64,000 bases of DNA from an uncultured Actinomycetes bacterium (GTDB lineage Bacteria; Chloroflexota; Dormibacteria; Dormibacterales; Dormibacteraceae), in NCBI GenBank assembly GCA_964383855.1, contig CAYLIP010000004.1, forward strand, positions 482 through 64,481, read 5' to 3'. Below are positions 25,322 to 35,351 of the stretch, in pieces. A model generated the notes under the pieces. That model searched no databases. It was not told where the DNA came from and worked only from the letters and a program-made list of their open reading frames with translations. Made by a program: the position numbers and the translations under genes. Every line of letters begins with the position of its first letter. The stretch's first letter is position 1.

Positions 25322-28300
25322 AGCTTCTTGATGTTGACGAGGAACGACTTGAACTCGGGGGTGCGCGAGTTGGCGTCGCCCACGAACGGGGTGAGGGCGT
25401 TGGCAAGCCAGTTCTTCGAGCGGTCGGGGTTCTGCTCGGCCGATACGCCGACGAAGCCCCAGTGGATGGGGATCCCGATGTGATAGACCTTCTTGCCGCC
25501 GACCGTGAGCGGCCCCAGTCGCTTGGTCACAAGCGCGGCCACCGTCAGCTTGCCGCGGGGGTTGAACACCTCGACCGCGTCACCGTTGGCGATGCCAAGC
25601 TTGGCGGCCAGCTCCTCGGGCACCTCGACGAAGGCCTGGGGCTGCAGGCCGACCAGCAGCGGCACGTGCTGCGTCACGTAGTGCTCGTGCTCCGTCAGGC
25701 GGTAGCTGGTGGCGATGTACGGGTAGTCCTTGGCGGTGCCGAACCGGCTCTTACGGCCCGCCTGCTGGTCGTACAGGAAGGCCACCGGGGACTCGCTCTG
25801 GCCGGGATGGAGCGGGTTCGGGATCGGCGACTCGATGGGCTCGTAGTGCTCGGGAAAGGGCCCGTCGTTGAGCGAGTTGCTGAAGAGCCGGCCCACCCCC
25901 TCGCCGTTCATGATGAAAGGCAGCCAGGCGACCGGATCCTGGGTGATCGGCTTCATGGTGGGCGGGTAGTCGGGCACGTCGCCCACCCACTTGGAGCCGT
26001 CCCACTGGATGCCGGCGCGCTTGGGGTCCCAGGGCTTGCCGTCCAGGTCGGCGGAGGCGCGGTTGTAGAGGATCCGCCGGTTGAGCGGCCACGTCCAGCC
26101 CCACTGGTGGTAGAAGCCAAGGCCGGTCGGATCGTTCTTGGCCGGGTCCTGGATGCCGTCGCGGCGCTTCATGAGGTTGCCGGCGTCGGGATAGGAGCCG
26201 GTGTAGATCCAGTCGCCGGCGGTGGTGGAGCCGTCGTCCTTCAGGTTGGCGAAGGTCGTCAGCTGCTTGCCGGTCGTGAGGTCCTGGCCATTGATCTCGC
26301 GGGCGAGCTCGTCCAGGTCGGGCTTGACCGGGTCCTTGTAATTGAAGGTCAGCGCCTTGATCGGGTCGGGAAACTTGCCGCCTGACTGGTAGAGCTTGCG
26401 CACCCGCTGAAAGAGATCGGCCAGGATCCAGTGGTCGTGCCGCGATTCACCCTCGGGCGGGATCACGGCGTCCTTCCACTGGCCCATCCGCCCGCTGTTG
26501 ACGAAGGAGCCCTCCTTCTCGATCCAGTGCGTCGCGGGCAGCATGAAGACCTCGGTCTGGATGTTCTTGGGGTCGAGGCCGGGCGCATGCCAGAACTCGC
26601 TGGACGTCGTCTTGAGCGGGTCCATCACGACCAGCCACTTGAGGTTGGACAGCGCTTGCAGGACCTGGTTGGAGTCGGGACCGATGCTGGTCGCCGTCAT
26701 CCCGCTCAGGATCACCCCCTGCATCTTTCCCTTCAGCGCCTGGTCGTAGATCGAGATCCAGCTCGAGTTGGCCGCCGGCTTGGGGATGTAGGAGTACGCG
26801 AAGTCGTTGTCCTTGGTCGCGGCATCGCCGTACCAGGTCTTCAGCAGCGAGACCAGGAACTTCTTGTAGTTGAGACCGAAAAAGTTCCAGGAGTTGGGGT
26901 CGCTCTTCTTGGGCGGCGCTTTGTCGTTGTACTGGGCGACCGTCTGCCATGCGGGATCGGGGATCTTGAGATAGCCGGGAAGGATCTCCCAGGAGATGGC
27001 GTTGTCCGTGTTGCCCTGGATGTTGGCGTGTCCGCGCTCGGCGTTCATGCCGCCGCCGGGCATGCCCATGTTGCCCAGCAGCAGCTGGAGGACGGCGCCG
27101 CTGCGGATCAGCTGGACGCCGGTGGTGTGGTGCGTCAGGCCGACCGCGTAGACGATCGTCATCACCTTGTCCGGCTTCCCCATCTCGCCGACCAGCCTGG
27201 CGACCTCCAGGAACTGGTCCTTAGGTATGCCGGTGACCTGCTCCACCATCTCCGGCGTGTAGCGCGAGTAGTGCTTCTTCATGAGCTGGAAGACGGTCTG
27301 CGGGTCCTGCAGCGTCATGTCGCGGGCGGCGTAGCTGTCGCTGCCGGTGGTCTGCGGTCCCTGGCCCTGCCCCAACCCTGCGTTCTGGTCGTTCTGGCTG
27401 GGCGGCGTGGCGTTCTGGTACGCCCAGGTCGAGATGTCGTAGCTGCGCTTGGCCTTGTCGTAGCCGCTGAACAGCCCGTCCGTGAAGCCGAAGCCCTCCT
27501 TAACCAGGAAGGAGGCGTTGGTGTAGTGCTTGACGTACTCGGCCTGGTGGAGGTTGTTCGAGAGCACGTAGTTGATCAGTCCGCCGAAGTAGGCGACGTC
27601 GCTACCCGTGCGAATGCGCAGGTAGATGTCGGCCATCGCCGAAGTCCGCGTGAAGCGCGGGTCGGCGTGGACGATCCGGGCACCGCCGCCGCTGCCCGGA
27701 CCCCGCTTGGGATCGAGCTTGGCCTTGACGAACCACTGGAACCCGACCGGGTGCGCCTCCGCCGGGTTGGCGCCGTTGATCAGGATCAGGTCGGCGTTCT
27801 TGATGTCGCGCCAGTGGTTGGTCATGGCGCCTCTCCCGAACGTGGCCGCCAAACTGACGACCGTCGGGCCGTGTCAAACGCGGGCCTGTTGCTCTATGTG
27901 CACCACGCCAAGGCCACGCATGACCTTGGCGGCGAAGTAGCCCTCCTCGCTGCTGAAGGCGGCCCCGCCGGCGAAGGCGATGCCCTCGGTCCGGTTGACC
28001 GTGTTGCCGGCCGCATCCTGGGCGACGAACGTCGCGTCCCGCGAAGCCTTGATGTTCTGCGCGATCTTGTCGAGCACGAAGTCCCAGGACTTCTCCTGCC
28101 AGGCGGAGCTGCCGGGAGCCCGGTAGAGCGGCTTCTGAACGCGGCGGGCGGACACGGCCAGCTGCATGGAGCTGGCGCCCTTGGGACACAGCCGGCCCTC
28201 GTTGACCGGGCTGTTGGGGTCGCCTTCGATCTGCAGGAGCTCGGTCTTGCCGCCGGCGCCGGTCCGCGTGTAGGCGACCAGCGAGCAGCCCACCGCGCAG

Positions 28301-28458
28301 TAGGGGCAGACGCTGTGCGATTCCCTGGCGTCGGCGATCCGCAGGCCCTGGCTCACGGTGCGTGCCTGAGCGAGATCAAAGCCGAGCCCGGCCACGCCCA
28401 GGGCGGCGGTGGAGGCTGCTCCAATCTTGATGAAGTCACGCCTGGAGACGTGAGTCAT
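25318..28458 (-). CDS. fdnG: formate dehydrogenase-N-type catalytic (alpha) subunit, selenocysteine-containing (UGA at 27874..27876), Tat-exported
   Basis: Track ORFs 27874..28458 and 25318..27852 are in one frame (3141 nt). The junction IEQQARV-U-HGPTVVSLAATFGRGAMTNHW matches the E. coli FdnG Sec site (ARVUHGPTV). Also has the twin-arginine signal SRRDFIK and a CPYCAVGC FeS motif. Confidence 0.9.
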
Positions 28459-28508
28459 TTACGCCCTCCTGTTACCCGCGGATCGTGCGCCCCGACAATA
28501 TCCCGCGG

Positions 28509-29396
28509 TCAGGCAAGCGTCAACGGACCGGTTTGGGTGAGCGCGGCCGCGCCCGAGTAGATGTTGAAGCGGCCGTCCCTGACGAACCCGGCGAGCGTCA
28601 GGCCGAACCGCCTCGCCGCCTCGACCGCGAGGCTGGAGGGGGCGCCGACCGCGATCACCGCCGGGATCCCGGCCACGATCGCCTTCTGGGCGACCTCGTA
28701 GCCCACTCGGCCGCTCACCGCGAGCACCAGCGCCGAGAGGTCGCGAGCATCGAGCATCGAGCGGCCCACGACCTTGTCGACGGCGTTGTGGCGCCCGATG
28801 TCCTCGCGCACCACCACCGCTTCGCCGGCGGCCGTGAAGAGGCCGGCACCGTGCAGCCCGCCCGTTCGCTCGAAGATGCCCTGAGCCGCCCGAAGCCGGT
28901 GGGCGAGCCGGGGCAGCAGCGCCGCCTCCAGGCGGGGTGCCGGCCCCAGGGCGCGCACATCGTGGGCCAGCTCCTCCACCGTCGTCTGGCCGCAGACGCC
29001 GCACGCCGAGCTGACCGGCAGCGCCCGCGCCCGTACCCTCCCCGCCGCCGCCGGCGCCAGCCGGACGTCGACCGCGTTCGACTCGAGCAGGCTGCGTTCG
29101 ATCGTGACCGCCGTCTCGGACACCTCGGAATCCGGAAGCTCGGCCGAGGCGGCCAGGCTCTTCACGTCGGGCAGCGCCTGGATGACGCGCTCGCTGCGGA
29201 GCAGCCCCAACGCCAGCTCCACGTCCGAGCCCGGCGTGCGCATCACGATCGACCACGGGCTGCCGTCGATCAGCAGCTGGAGCGGCTCCTCGGCCGCCAC
29301 CTGGTCGTCCTCGACCGTGAATGCCCCCTCGATCCAGCGGGTCACCGTGATCGGCGGGGCCTGCGGCCGCGGCATGGCGCTGATCCTATACTCCAC
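28509..29396 (-). CDS. fdhD: formate dehydrogenase sulfurtransferase accessory protein FdhD
   Basis: SSACGVCG and GRHNAVDKVVG motifs. The start may be the internal Met at 29375. Confidence 0.9.
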   Translation of the reverse strand: MEYRISAMPRPQAPPITVTRWIEGAFTVEDDQVAAEEPLQLLIDGSPWSIVMRTPGSDVELALGLLRSERVIQALPDVKSLAASAELPDSEVSETAVTIERSLLESNAVDVRLAPAAAGRVRARALPVSSACGVCGQTTVEELAHDVRALGPAPRLEAALLPRLAHRLRAAQGIFERTGGLHGAGLFTAAGEAVVVREDIGRHNAVDKVVGRSMLDARDLSALVLAVSGRVGYEVAQKAIVAGIPAVIAVGAPSSLAVEAARRFGLTLAGFVRDGRFNIYSGAAALTQTGPLTLA

Positions 29397-29402
29397 GCTC
29401 CG

Positions 29403-29819
29403 ATGCTCCCAGTCGTGGTCGAGCTGCCGGGTGAGTTCGAGTCGGCCGGGGAGTGGCTGGCCGACGCCCAGGCCATGGAGTCAGCGGGCGCCGCGGCCCT
29501 GCTCGTCAAGGCCGGGTCACTCGATCGCCAGGCCCTGCTCGCCGCGCTGGCCGCCTCGACCCTTCGCGTGACCATCGCCGCCGCTGATGCTTCCCCGACC
29601 GTTCGGCTCCTGGGCCGCGGACGCGTCGTCGCCGAGGACGACGGGTGGCGACGCCTTCCCGAGCCCGAGAGCCGGGCTCACTGGCGCGAACTGCACGCGG
29701 AGGCCGAGGCCGGCGGCGCAACCGGCGTCGTCGCAGCCTTCAGCCCGCGGCTGCTCGACCTCCTCCGCAACGACGACGTGGAGGAGGATCGCTCCGACCT
29801 CCGGCTCGCGCAGGGCTGA
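29403..29819 (+). CDS. hypothetical protein
   Basis: 138 aa with strong GC3 bias and no recognised family. It starts only 6 nt from the divergent fdhD track start, so one of the two starts is probably wrong. Confidence 0.45.
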   Translation: MLPVVVELPGEFESAGEWLADAQAMESAGAAALLVKAGSLDRQALLAALAASTLRVTIAAADASPTVRLLGRGRVVAEDDGWRRLPEPESRAHWRELHAEAEAGGATGVVAAFSPRLLDLLRNDDVEEDRSDLRLAQG

Positions 29820-29859
29820 CCGCCGAGGCCGTTCGGCGCTAAATTCTCTTGCCGTGAGC

Positions 29860-30189
29860 ATGGATTCCGTAAACGAGCCCAGGAACGGCACGGTCCTGCG
29901 GTTGGTGGCGGACGACCGCGGCAACTACGTCGAGGTCAACGACGAGGCCGTCCGGGTTCTCGGCTACAGCCGCGAGGAGCTCCTGCAGATGAGCGTGTGG
30001 GACCTCACTCCGGGCGCCCGCGAGCTCGACGGCCTGGCCATGTGGCAGGACTTCATTCGCAGCGGCGAGCAGTCCGGGGAGTACGTGATGAAGACCAAGG
30101 GCGGTGCCCTGCTCAAGCTGTACTACCGCGCGCGCGCCAACATCGCGCCCGGCCGCCACGAGTCGATCCTGACGCTGATCCCGAGTTAG
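29860..30189 (+). CDS. stand-alone PAS-domain protein
   Basis: ATG at 29860. YVEVNDEAVRVLGYSREELLQMSVWDLTP..GEYVMKTKGGALLKLYYRA is a PAS core. Confidence 0.7.
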   Translation: MDSVNEPRNGTVLRLVADDRGNYVEVNDEAVRVLGYSREELLQMSVWDLTPGARELDGLAMWQDFIRSGEQSGEYVMKTKGGALLKLYYRARANIAPGRHESILTLIPS

Positions 30190-30225
30190 CGAGCCGGTCA
30201 GCGGGCGGGGCTATCCTCGGCGCAA

Positions 30226-31695
30226 ATGCGCCGCCTTGCTCCGTACCTGGCGGGCGCCGCCGGCGTCATCCTGGTCACCGCCGCGATCGGCGCCGTCCGG
30301 CGCTGGCTCGACACGCCCGCCCTCACCGTCGCCTACATCGTGCTCGTGATCTATGTCGGGGCACGCTCGGGACGTCTGCCGGCGCTGGCGACCGCGGTGC
30401 TCGGCTTCGCCGTCTACGAGTTCTTCTTCGTACCCCCGTACGGCTCGCCGGCGATCAGCGCGCCGCGCGACGCCGTCAGCCTGGTCCTGCTGCTGGCCGC
30501 CGCAGCCCTCAGCGAGCGAATCGTCGGCGCCCTCGTGCAGCGAAGCATGGGCGCGGAGGCCAAGGCGCGGGAGTCACAGAGCCTTTACGAGGTGGCGTTC
30601 GCCGCGCTCGGCAAGGCCGAGCCCGCGGCCGCCCTCGAGCTGCTCTGCCATCGCGCCGCGCACGAGCCGGGGATCCTCTCCATGACCATCCTCGAGGAGA
30701 AGGACGGCAGGCTCGAGGTGCTGGCCGGCCCGGCGCCGAGCGCGCCCGAGTCTTCACGGGCGGGCTGGGTGGCGGCGCACGGGCAATCGCTCGGGGTGCG
30801 CCTGGACGGTGGCGGGCTCGCACTCCTGAAGACCTTCCCGACCGAGCCGGCGTACGTCCGGCTCCCGGCCGGGGTGGCTGTCATCCGGGTGGCGGCGTCC
30901 GGGCCTTCGTCGGAGTCGGCGCGCGTCCTGGCGGCGCTGGCGGCCATGGCCGGCCTGCTCCTCGACCGCCGTCGCGTCGGCGAGCAGGCCGAACGCGCGC
31001 GCTCGGCCGAGGAATCCGACCGGCTCAAGACGAGCGTTCTCTCTGCCCTCACCCACGACGTCAAGACGCCGCTCGCCTCGCTCCAGACCGGCCTCGGCGC
31101 GATGGAGCTCGATCCGCGGCTGAACGAGGAGCAGCGACAGATGCTGCAGGGCCTCGAGTCGCAGGCAGCGCGCCTCGACCGCATCGTCCACAACGTGCTG
31201 ACGCTGACTCGGCTGGACGTGGGGCCACCCGGCGTGAGCGCCCCGGTGTCCCTGCCCGAGGTCGTCGGCTCGGCGGTCACATCGCTGGAGCGGGTCCTCT
31301 CGCCTTTCAAGCTCGACGTCAGGGTGCCGGAAGATCTGCCACCGGTGCTGGCCGACGAGGTGGAGCTCGACCGGGTGTTCACCAACCTGCTCGACAACGC
31401 CGCCCACTGGGCGCCCGCGGGCGCTCACATCGAGGTCGGCGCGCGGGCGCGCGAGGCGCGGGTGGAGGCCTGGGTCGAGAACGAGGGCCCGGATATCCCG
31501 CCCCAGGCGCTGAGCGAGATCTTCGCCAGCTACTGGACGCAGCGGCCGGAGGGTTCCGGCCTCGGACTCGCCATCTGCCGCCGGATCCTGGAGAGGCATG
31601 GTGGCTCGATCAGCGTCCGCAACACGCGGCGCGGGCCCCGGTTCACCCTCCGGCTCCCGATCGCCGGCGAGGCCCGGGCGGACAAGCAGCCTTGA
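30226..31695 (+). CDS. sensor histidine kinase, KdpD C-terminal type (DUF4118 membrane module + HisKA + HATPase)
   Basis: The membrane module TVAYIVLVIYVGARSG..GFAVYEFFFVPPYGS is DUF4118-like. H-box LTHDVKTPL, N-box NLLDNA, G-box GSGLGLAI. No KdpD N-terminal sensor domain. Confidence 0.9.
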   Translation: MRRLAPYLAGAAGVILVTAAIGAVRRWLDTPALTVAYIVLVIYVGARSGRLPALATAVLGFAVYEFFFVPPYGSPAISAPRDAVSLVLLLAAAALSERIVGALVQRSMGAEAKARESQSLYEVAFAALGKAEPAAALELLCHRAAHEPGILSMTILEEKDGRLEVLAGPAPSAPESSRAGWVAAHGQSLGVRLDGGGLALLKTFPTEPAYVRLPAGVAVIRVAASGPSSESARVLAALAAMAGLLLDRRRVGEQAERARSAEESDRLKTSVLSALTHDVKTPLASLQTGLGAMELDPRLNEEQRQMLQGLESQAARLDRIVHNVLTLTRLDVGPPGVSAPVSLPEVVGSAVTSLERVLSPFKLDVRVPEDLPPVLADEVELDRVFTNLLDNAAHWAPAGAHIEVGARAREARVEAWVENEGPDIPPQALSEIFASYWTQRPEGSGLGLAICRRILERHGGSISVRNTRRGPRFTLRLPIAGEARADKQP

Positions 31696-32372
31696 GCGGT
31701 CGGGTCCTGGTCGTCGACGACGAGGAGGAGATGCGCCGCGCCCTGCGCACGGGCCTCATGCATTCGGAGTTCGAAGTCCGGGCGGTGGCCAGCGGCGAGG
31801 AGGCGCTCGAGGTGCTCGGCAGCTGGAGGCCGGACGTGCTGCTGCTCGACCTCGGCCTCCCGGGCATCGGCGGCCTGGAGGTCCTGCGCAGGCTGCGCAG
31901 GCGCGGCGACCGGGTGGCCGTGCTCGTGGTCAGCGTCATGCCCGACGAGCGAGACAAGGTCGAGGCGCTGGAGCTCGGGGCCGACGACTACGTCGTCAAG
32001 CCGTTTGGGATGCGCGAGCTGCTGGCCCGGATCCGGGCCGTGCTCCGCCGCCAGGCCGGCGCACGCGAGCCCGTGCTCGAGGCGGGCGACCTGCGCATCG
32101 ACCTCGCGCGCCGCGAGGTCACCCGGGCCGGGCGGCCGGTCCGGCTGACCCCGACCGAGTACGAGGTGCTGCGCACCCTGGCCATGCGCGCGGGCCGTCC
32201 GATCACCCACACCGCCCTGCTCCGCGAGGTGTGGGGAGAGTACGCGGTCGGCGACCGCTACAACACGCGCTACGTGGTGGCGCAACTGCGCAAAAAGCTC
32301 GGCGACGACGCCGCCCGCCCGCGGTACATAACCAGCGTGCCGGGAGTCGGCTACCGCCTGGAAACCGGATAG
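31692..32372 (+). CDS. OmpR/KdpE-type response regulator
   Basis: The probable TTG start overlaps the kinase stop (CTTGA). REC domain (VLVVDDEEE..LLLDLGLPGIGG..K) followed by a winged helix (LTPTEYEVLRTL..VPGVGYRL). Confidence 0.9.
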   Translation: MSGRVLVVDDEEEMRRALRTGLMHSEFEVRAVASGEEALEVLGSWRPDVLLLDLGLPGIGGLEVLRRLRRRGDRVAVLVVSVMPDERDKVEALELGADDYVVKPFGMRELLARIRAVLRRQAGAREPVLEAGDLRIDLARREVTRAGRPVRLTPTEYEVLRTLAMRAGRPITHTALLREVWGEYAVGDRYNTRYVVAQLRKKLGDDAARPRYITSVPGVGYRLETG

Positions 32373-32383
32373 CCGCTCGCGAT

Positions 32384-32434
32384 CCCCGCGCCGTCCGATC
32401 CATACGGGATCCATACGGGAGCGCGGGGTTTTCT
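32384..32434 (+). terminator. candidate intrinsic terminator with internal 11-nt direct repeat
   Basis: CCCCGCGC (32384..32391) pairs with GCGCGGGG (32421..32428) and is followed by TTTTCTC. The loop contains GATCCATACGG twice. Confidence 0.45.
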
Positions 32435-32471
32435 CACGGCCTGCATACGCGCCCCGACCTAGTTTGGAAGC

Positions 32472-32699
32472 ATGAAGGACGCTCTTCGAGTGGTGGCCGA
32501 GGACAGGGTCCGCGCCTCCCGGTATCGGAAGCGGAACCTGCGCATCGCCGTCCGCCAGCTGGAGCGGGCCGAGCTCTACATCGAAGCGCTCAACTCGCTC
32601 GACGTCGACGACGAAGGAGCGGGTGAGAGCGTCGCCCAGCTCGTCGACGACCTCCGGGGGCTTCGGCGGTACCTGCTGGCGCGAAAGGCCAGCGTGTGA
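32472..32699 (+). CDS. small helical hypothetical protein, translationally coupled to the downstream permease
   Basis: 75 aa. Its stop overlaps the GTG start of the next gene (GTGTGA). Confidence 0.5.
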   Translation: MKDALRVVAEDRVRASRYRKRNLRIAVRQLERAELYIEALNSLDVDDEGAGESVAQLVDDLRGLRRYLLARKASV

Positions 32700-34552
32700 C
32701 AGCGCACGCGGCCGCCCGGCCGCGGCGCCGGGTGAAGGTCCGCGGCGGACACCTCGGGCCCCTGCTCTGCTGGGGCGTCGTATTCGCCGACATCGGCACC
32801 TCGGTCTACTACGTGCCGGGCATCCTCTACGGGCATTTCGGCACCCGGTCGGCGCTCTTCGTCGGCATGACCCTGATCGTGTTCGTGCTGCTCACGATCA
32901 AGTACGCCGAGGTGGCATGGCGCTACCCGGAGGGGGGCGGCGTGGTGACGGTCGCCTCGCGCGGGCTGCATCCCTTCGCGGGGCTCGTCGGCGGCCTCTT
33001 CATCACCGTCGACTACTACCTGACGGCCGCCCTCAGCGCGCTCTCGGGAATGTTCTACCTATCGGTCGTCGTCCCCAGCCTCAAGCCCTACGTCCTGGCC
33101 GCCACCGTGATCGCCCTCGTCGCCCTCGGCCTGCTCAACGTGATCGGGATCAAGGAGAGCGCGGTCGTCAGCTTCGCCTTCGCGACGCTGGCCGGCGCCG
33201 GCCAGCTGCTGGTGGTGGCGGCGGTCGCGGTGCACCTGGGACCGGGCGGCATCGCGGAGACGTTCCGGGCGCTCGGGCACGGCCAGGCGCTCACGCCGCT
33301 GGCCATGATCACCGGCTATGGGGCAGCATTTCTCGCCTTCTCAGGCCTGGAGAGCATCGCCCAGGTCTCGCCGGCGATGCTCGAGCCCCGCAAGCGGGTG
33401 GCGGCGCGCGCCATGGCGCTGGTCGTGCTCACCATCGCCATCACCAGCCCGCTGCTGACGCTGTGGTCGACGGTCCTCATCAACGACCCGAGCGCCGACC
33501 CCAACCAGTTCATCTCGCTGCTCGGGGCCAAGGTTTCCGGCTACGCGCTGGGGGCCTACGTCGCTGTCAGCGGCTCCCTTCTCCTGGTCTTCGCCAGCAA
33601 TACGGCCATCATCGGCTGCTACCACGTCTTTCTGGCCCTGACGCGGATGGGGTTCATGCCCCGGGCGCTCGAGCGCCGGAACCGGCTGCGCAAGACGCCC
33701 CAGTGGGCGATCCTGGCCGCGGTCTCGGTGCCGATCGCGGTGGTGATCCTGTCCAACGGCCAGGTCGATCTTCTCGGCGACCTCTACGCCTTCGGACTGC
33801 TCGCCGCCTTCGTGCTCACCTGCTTTGCCCTGGACGTCGTCCGCTGGCGTGACCCGGTGAAGGATGTGACCCTGCTCCAGCGGCTGGGCTACGGACTGGG
33901 CGTCGCCACCACGCTGGCGGTGCTCGTGGCCTGGTGCGTCAACCTGGTCGCCAAGCCGCTGGCCACCGAGTTCGGTGGCGGCCTGACCGTCTTCGGGCTG
34001 ATCGTCGGCTTTGCGACGTATTACTACAACCGCCGCCGCCGGCCCGCCGTCTTCCCGGTTCCATACCGGCGCGCGTCGGCGGCCATCCGGCGCGAGTTCA
34101 GCCGCCAGCCGGCCGAGGTCCTCGTGATCCTGCCCCATGACCCCGAGGACGCCCAGGTGGTCCTGAACGAGGCGGTCCGGGTGACCGGTGCCCGAGGCGC
34201 GGTCTTCCTCTTCCGGGGCGGCCGCCAGCCGACCGACCATGCCGATCTCTGGGAGGTCAACGACCCGTATCTGAAGGACTACCACGCCCAGGATGCGTTT
34301 GCGCGGGCCGAGCAGGCCGCGCGAAGGGCCCGGATCTCGTCGCGACGCTATGTGTACGTGTCGGGCTCGCACCCCCGCGACGTGGTCGGAGACGTCTGGC
34401 GGGAGATCCATCCCCGGGAGACGGTCGCCGGAGACGTGGACTTCGACGTCATGCCCCCGATCGCCCTGGACCGGGTGCGCCGCCACCGGGTGGAGGACCA
34501 GACCGTGCTCCACATGTTCACGGGGCGGCTGCCCAGAGCTGCCGGAGCCTAG
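32696..34552 (+). CDS. APC-superfamily permease with a long cytoplasmic C-terminal domain
   Basis: About 12 predicted TM helices. YPEGGGVVTVAS..FITVDYYLTAALS is the APC signature region. A soluble tail of roughly 150-170 aa follows. Confidence 0.85.
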   Translation: MTAHAAARPRRRVKVRGGHLGPLLCWGVVFADIGTSVYYVPGILYGHFGTRSALFVGMTLIVFVLLTIKYAEVAWRYPEGGGVVTVASRGLHPFAGLVGGLFITVDYYLTAALSALSGMFYLSVVVPSLKPYVLAATVIALVALGLLNVIGIKESAVVSFAFATLAGAGQLLVVAAVAVHLGPGGIAETFRALGHGQALTPLAMITGYGAAFLAFSGLESIAQVSPAMLEPRKRVAARAMALVVLTIAITSPLLTLWSTVLINDPSADPNQFISLLGAKVSGYALGAYVAVSGSLLLVFASNTAIIGCYHVFLALTRMGFMPRALERRNRLRKTPQWAILAAVSVPIAVVILSNGQVDLLGDLYAFGLLAAFVLTCFALDVVRWRDPVKDVTLLQRLGYGLGVATTLAVLVAWCVNLVAKPLATEFGGGLTVFGLIVGFATYYYNRRRRPAVFPVPYRRASAAIRREFSRQPAEVLVILPHDPEDAQVVLNEAVRVTGARGAVFLFRGGRQPTDHADLWEVNDPYLKDYHAQDAFARAEQAARRARISSRRYVYVSGSHPRDVVGDVWREIHPRETVAGDVDFDVMPPIALDRVRRHRVEDQTVLHMFTGRLPRAAGA

Positions 34553-34580
34553 CCGGCCGGCCCTGTCGAGCGTGCCCCCT

Positions 34581-35264
34581 CTAGCTCTCCGGCGCCAGGA
34601 GCTCCTTCACCTCGGGATGCCGGGCGATCAGTGACGGCGGAGCCGCCAGCGTGGTGATCGGCTGCGGCGAGCGGACCCAGTTCCAGACCATCTCGGCGAG
34701 CACGGCCTTGGCGGTGGCGACGGGGAACTCCGCCGCCTGGAAGCGCTCGAGCATGGCATCGACGCTGAAGTGCATGCTCGCGATCAGGGCCTCCGCCAGG
34801 GGCTGCAGCCGCCGCTCGCGCTCGTCGTCGGAAAGCCGCGCCGCATCGCGCTGCTCGGCGAGGAAGGCGTCGAGCTGCGTGCGTGAGGCGGCGACCAGGG
34901 CCAGCCGGATCTGGCTGACGATCTCCCGTCGGGGACCAACGCTCTCGGCCCACCGCTCACGGGCTGCCGCGTCTCCGATGCGGCACCGCGGGTAGGCGGT
35001 CCCCTGGCGGAAGGCGGAGGCTTCCAGGTTGCGGCAGGTCCAGGCCCGCTGCAGGGGCCTACCCAAAGAATCGGTGGGAATGAAGCTGATCGGCTGGTAG
35101 GCCTCGCAGTCACCGAACTCGGGCGGGAACGGCCGCGGGTACGGGCAGCGATCGGTCGCCGGCTGGAGGTGGCCCGGGTGCGGGAGCGGCTCGGCTGCAG
35201 GCGGATTCATATCAGCGCGCGGGGTCTCGGCCGGCGGGCGCGACGGCTGCTTCTTCATCGGCAT
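34581..35264 (-). CDS. hypothetical protein
   Basis: Start at MPMKKQ (35264). Pro-rich N-terminus followed by a helical domain. No family recognised. Confidence 0.55.
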   Translation of the reverse strand: MPMKKQPSRPPAETPRADMNPPAAEPLPHPGHLQPATDRCPYPRPFPPEFGDCEAYQPISFIPTDSLGRPLQRAWTCRNLEASAFRQGTAYPRCRIGDAAARERWAESVGPRREIVSQIRLALVAASRTQLDAFLAEQRDAARLSDDERERRLQPLAEALIASMHFSVDAMLERFQAAEFPVATAKAVLAEMVWNWVRSPQPITTLAAPPSLIARHPEVKELLAPES

Positions 35265-35351
35265 GTCGTCGCCCGAAGTGTATGGCGGCCGGATTCCTTC
35301 CCTCCCCAGCCTTAGGCGTCCAGGGGGCTGTACTGGGGCGCTCGGTAGTGT

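Noticed and set aside
26431-28560. A 709-aa plus-strand ORF. Similar long ORFs include 12914..14287 (+), 57493..59367 (-), 33341..34513 (-), 45448..46536 (-) and 24380..25483 (+).
   Set aside because: They are antisense to genes with unambiguous motifs (fdnG, hyuB, the antiporter, the APC permease, ftsH). Their products are Arg/Gly/Pro/Asp-rich low-complexity sequence. Open antisense frames of this kind are expected in very GC-rich DNA.
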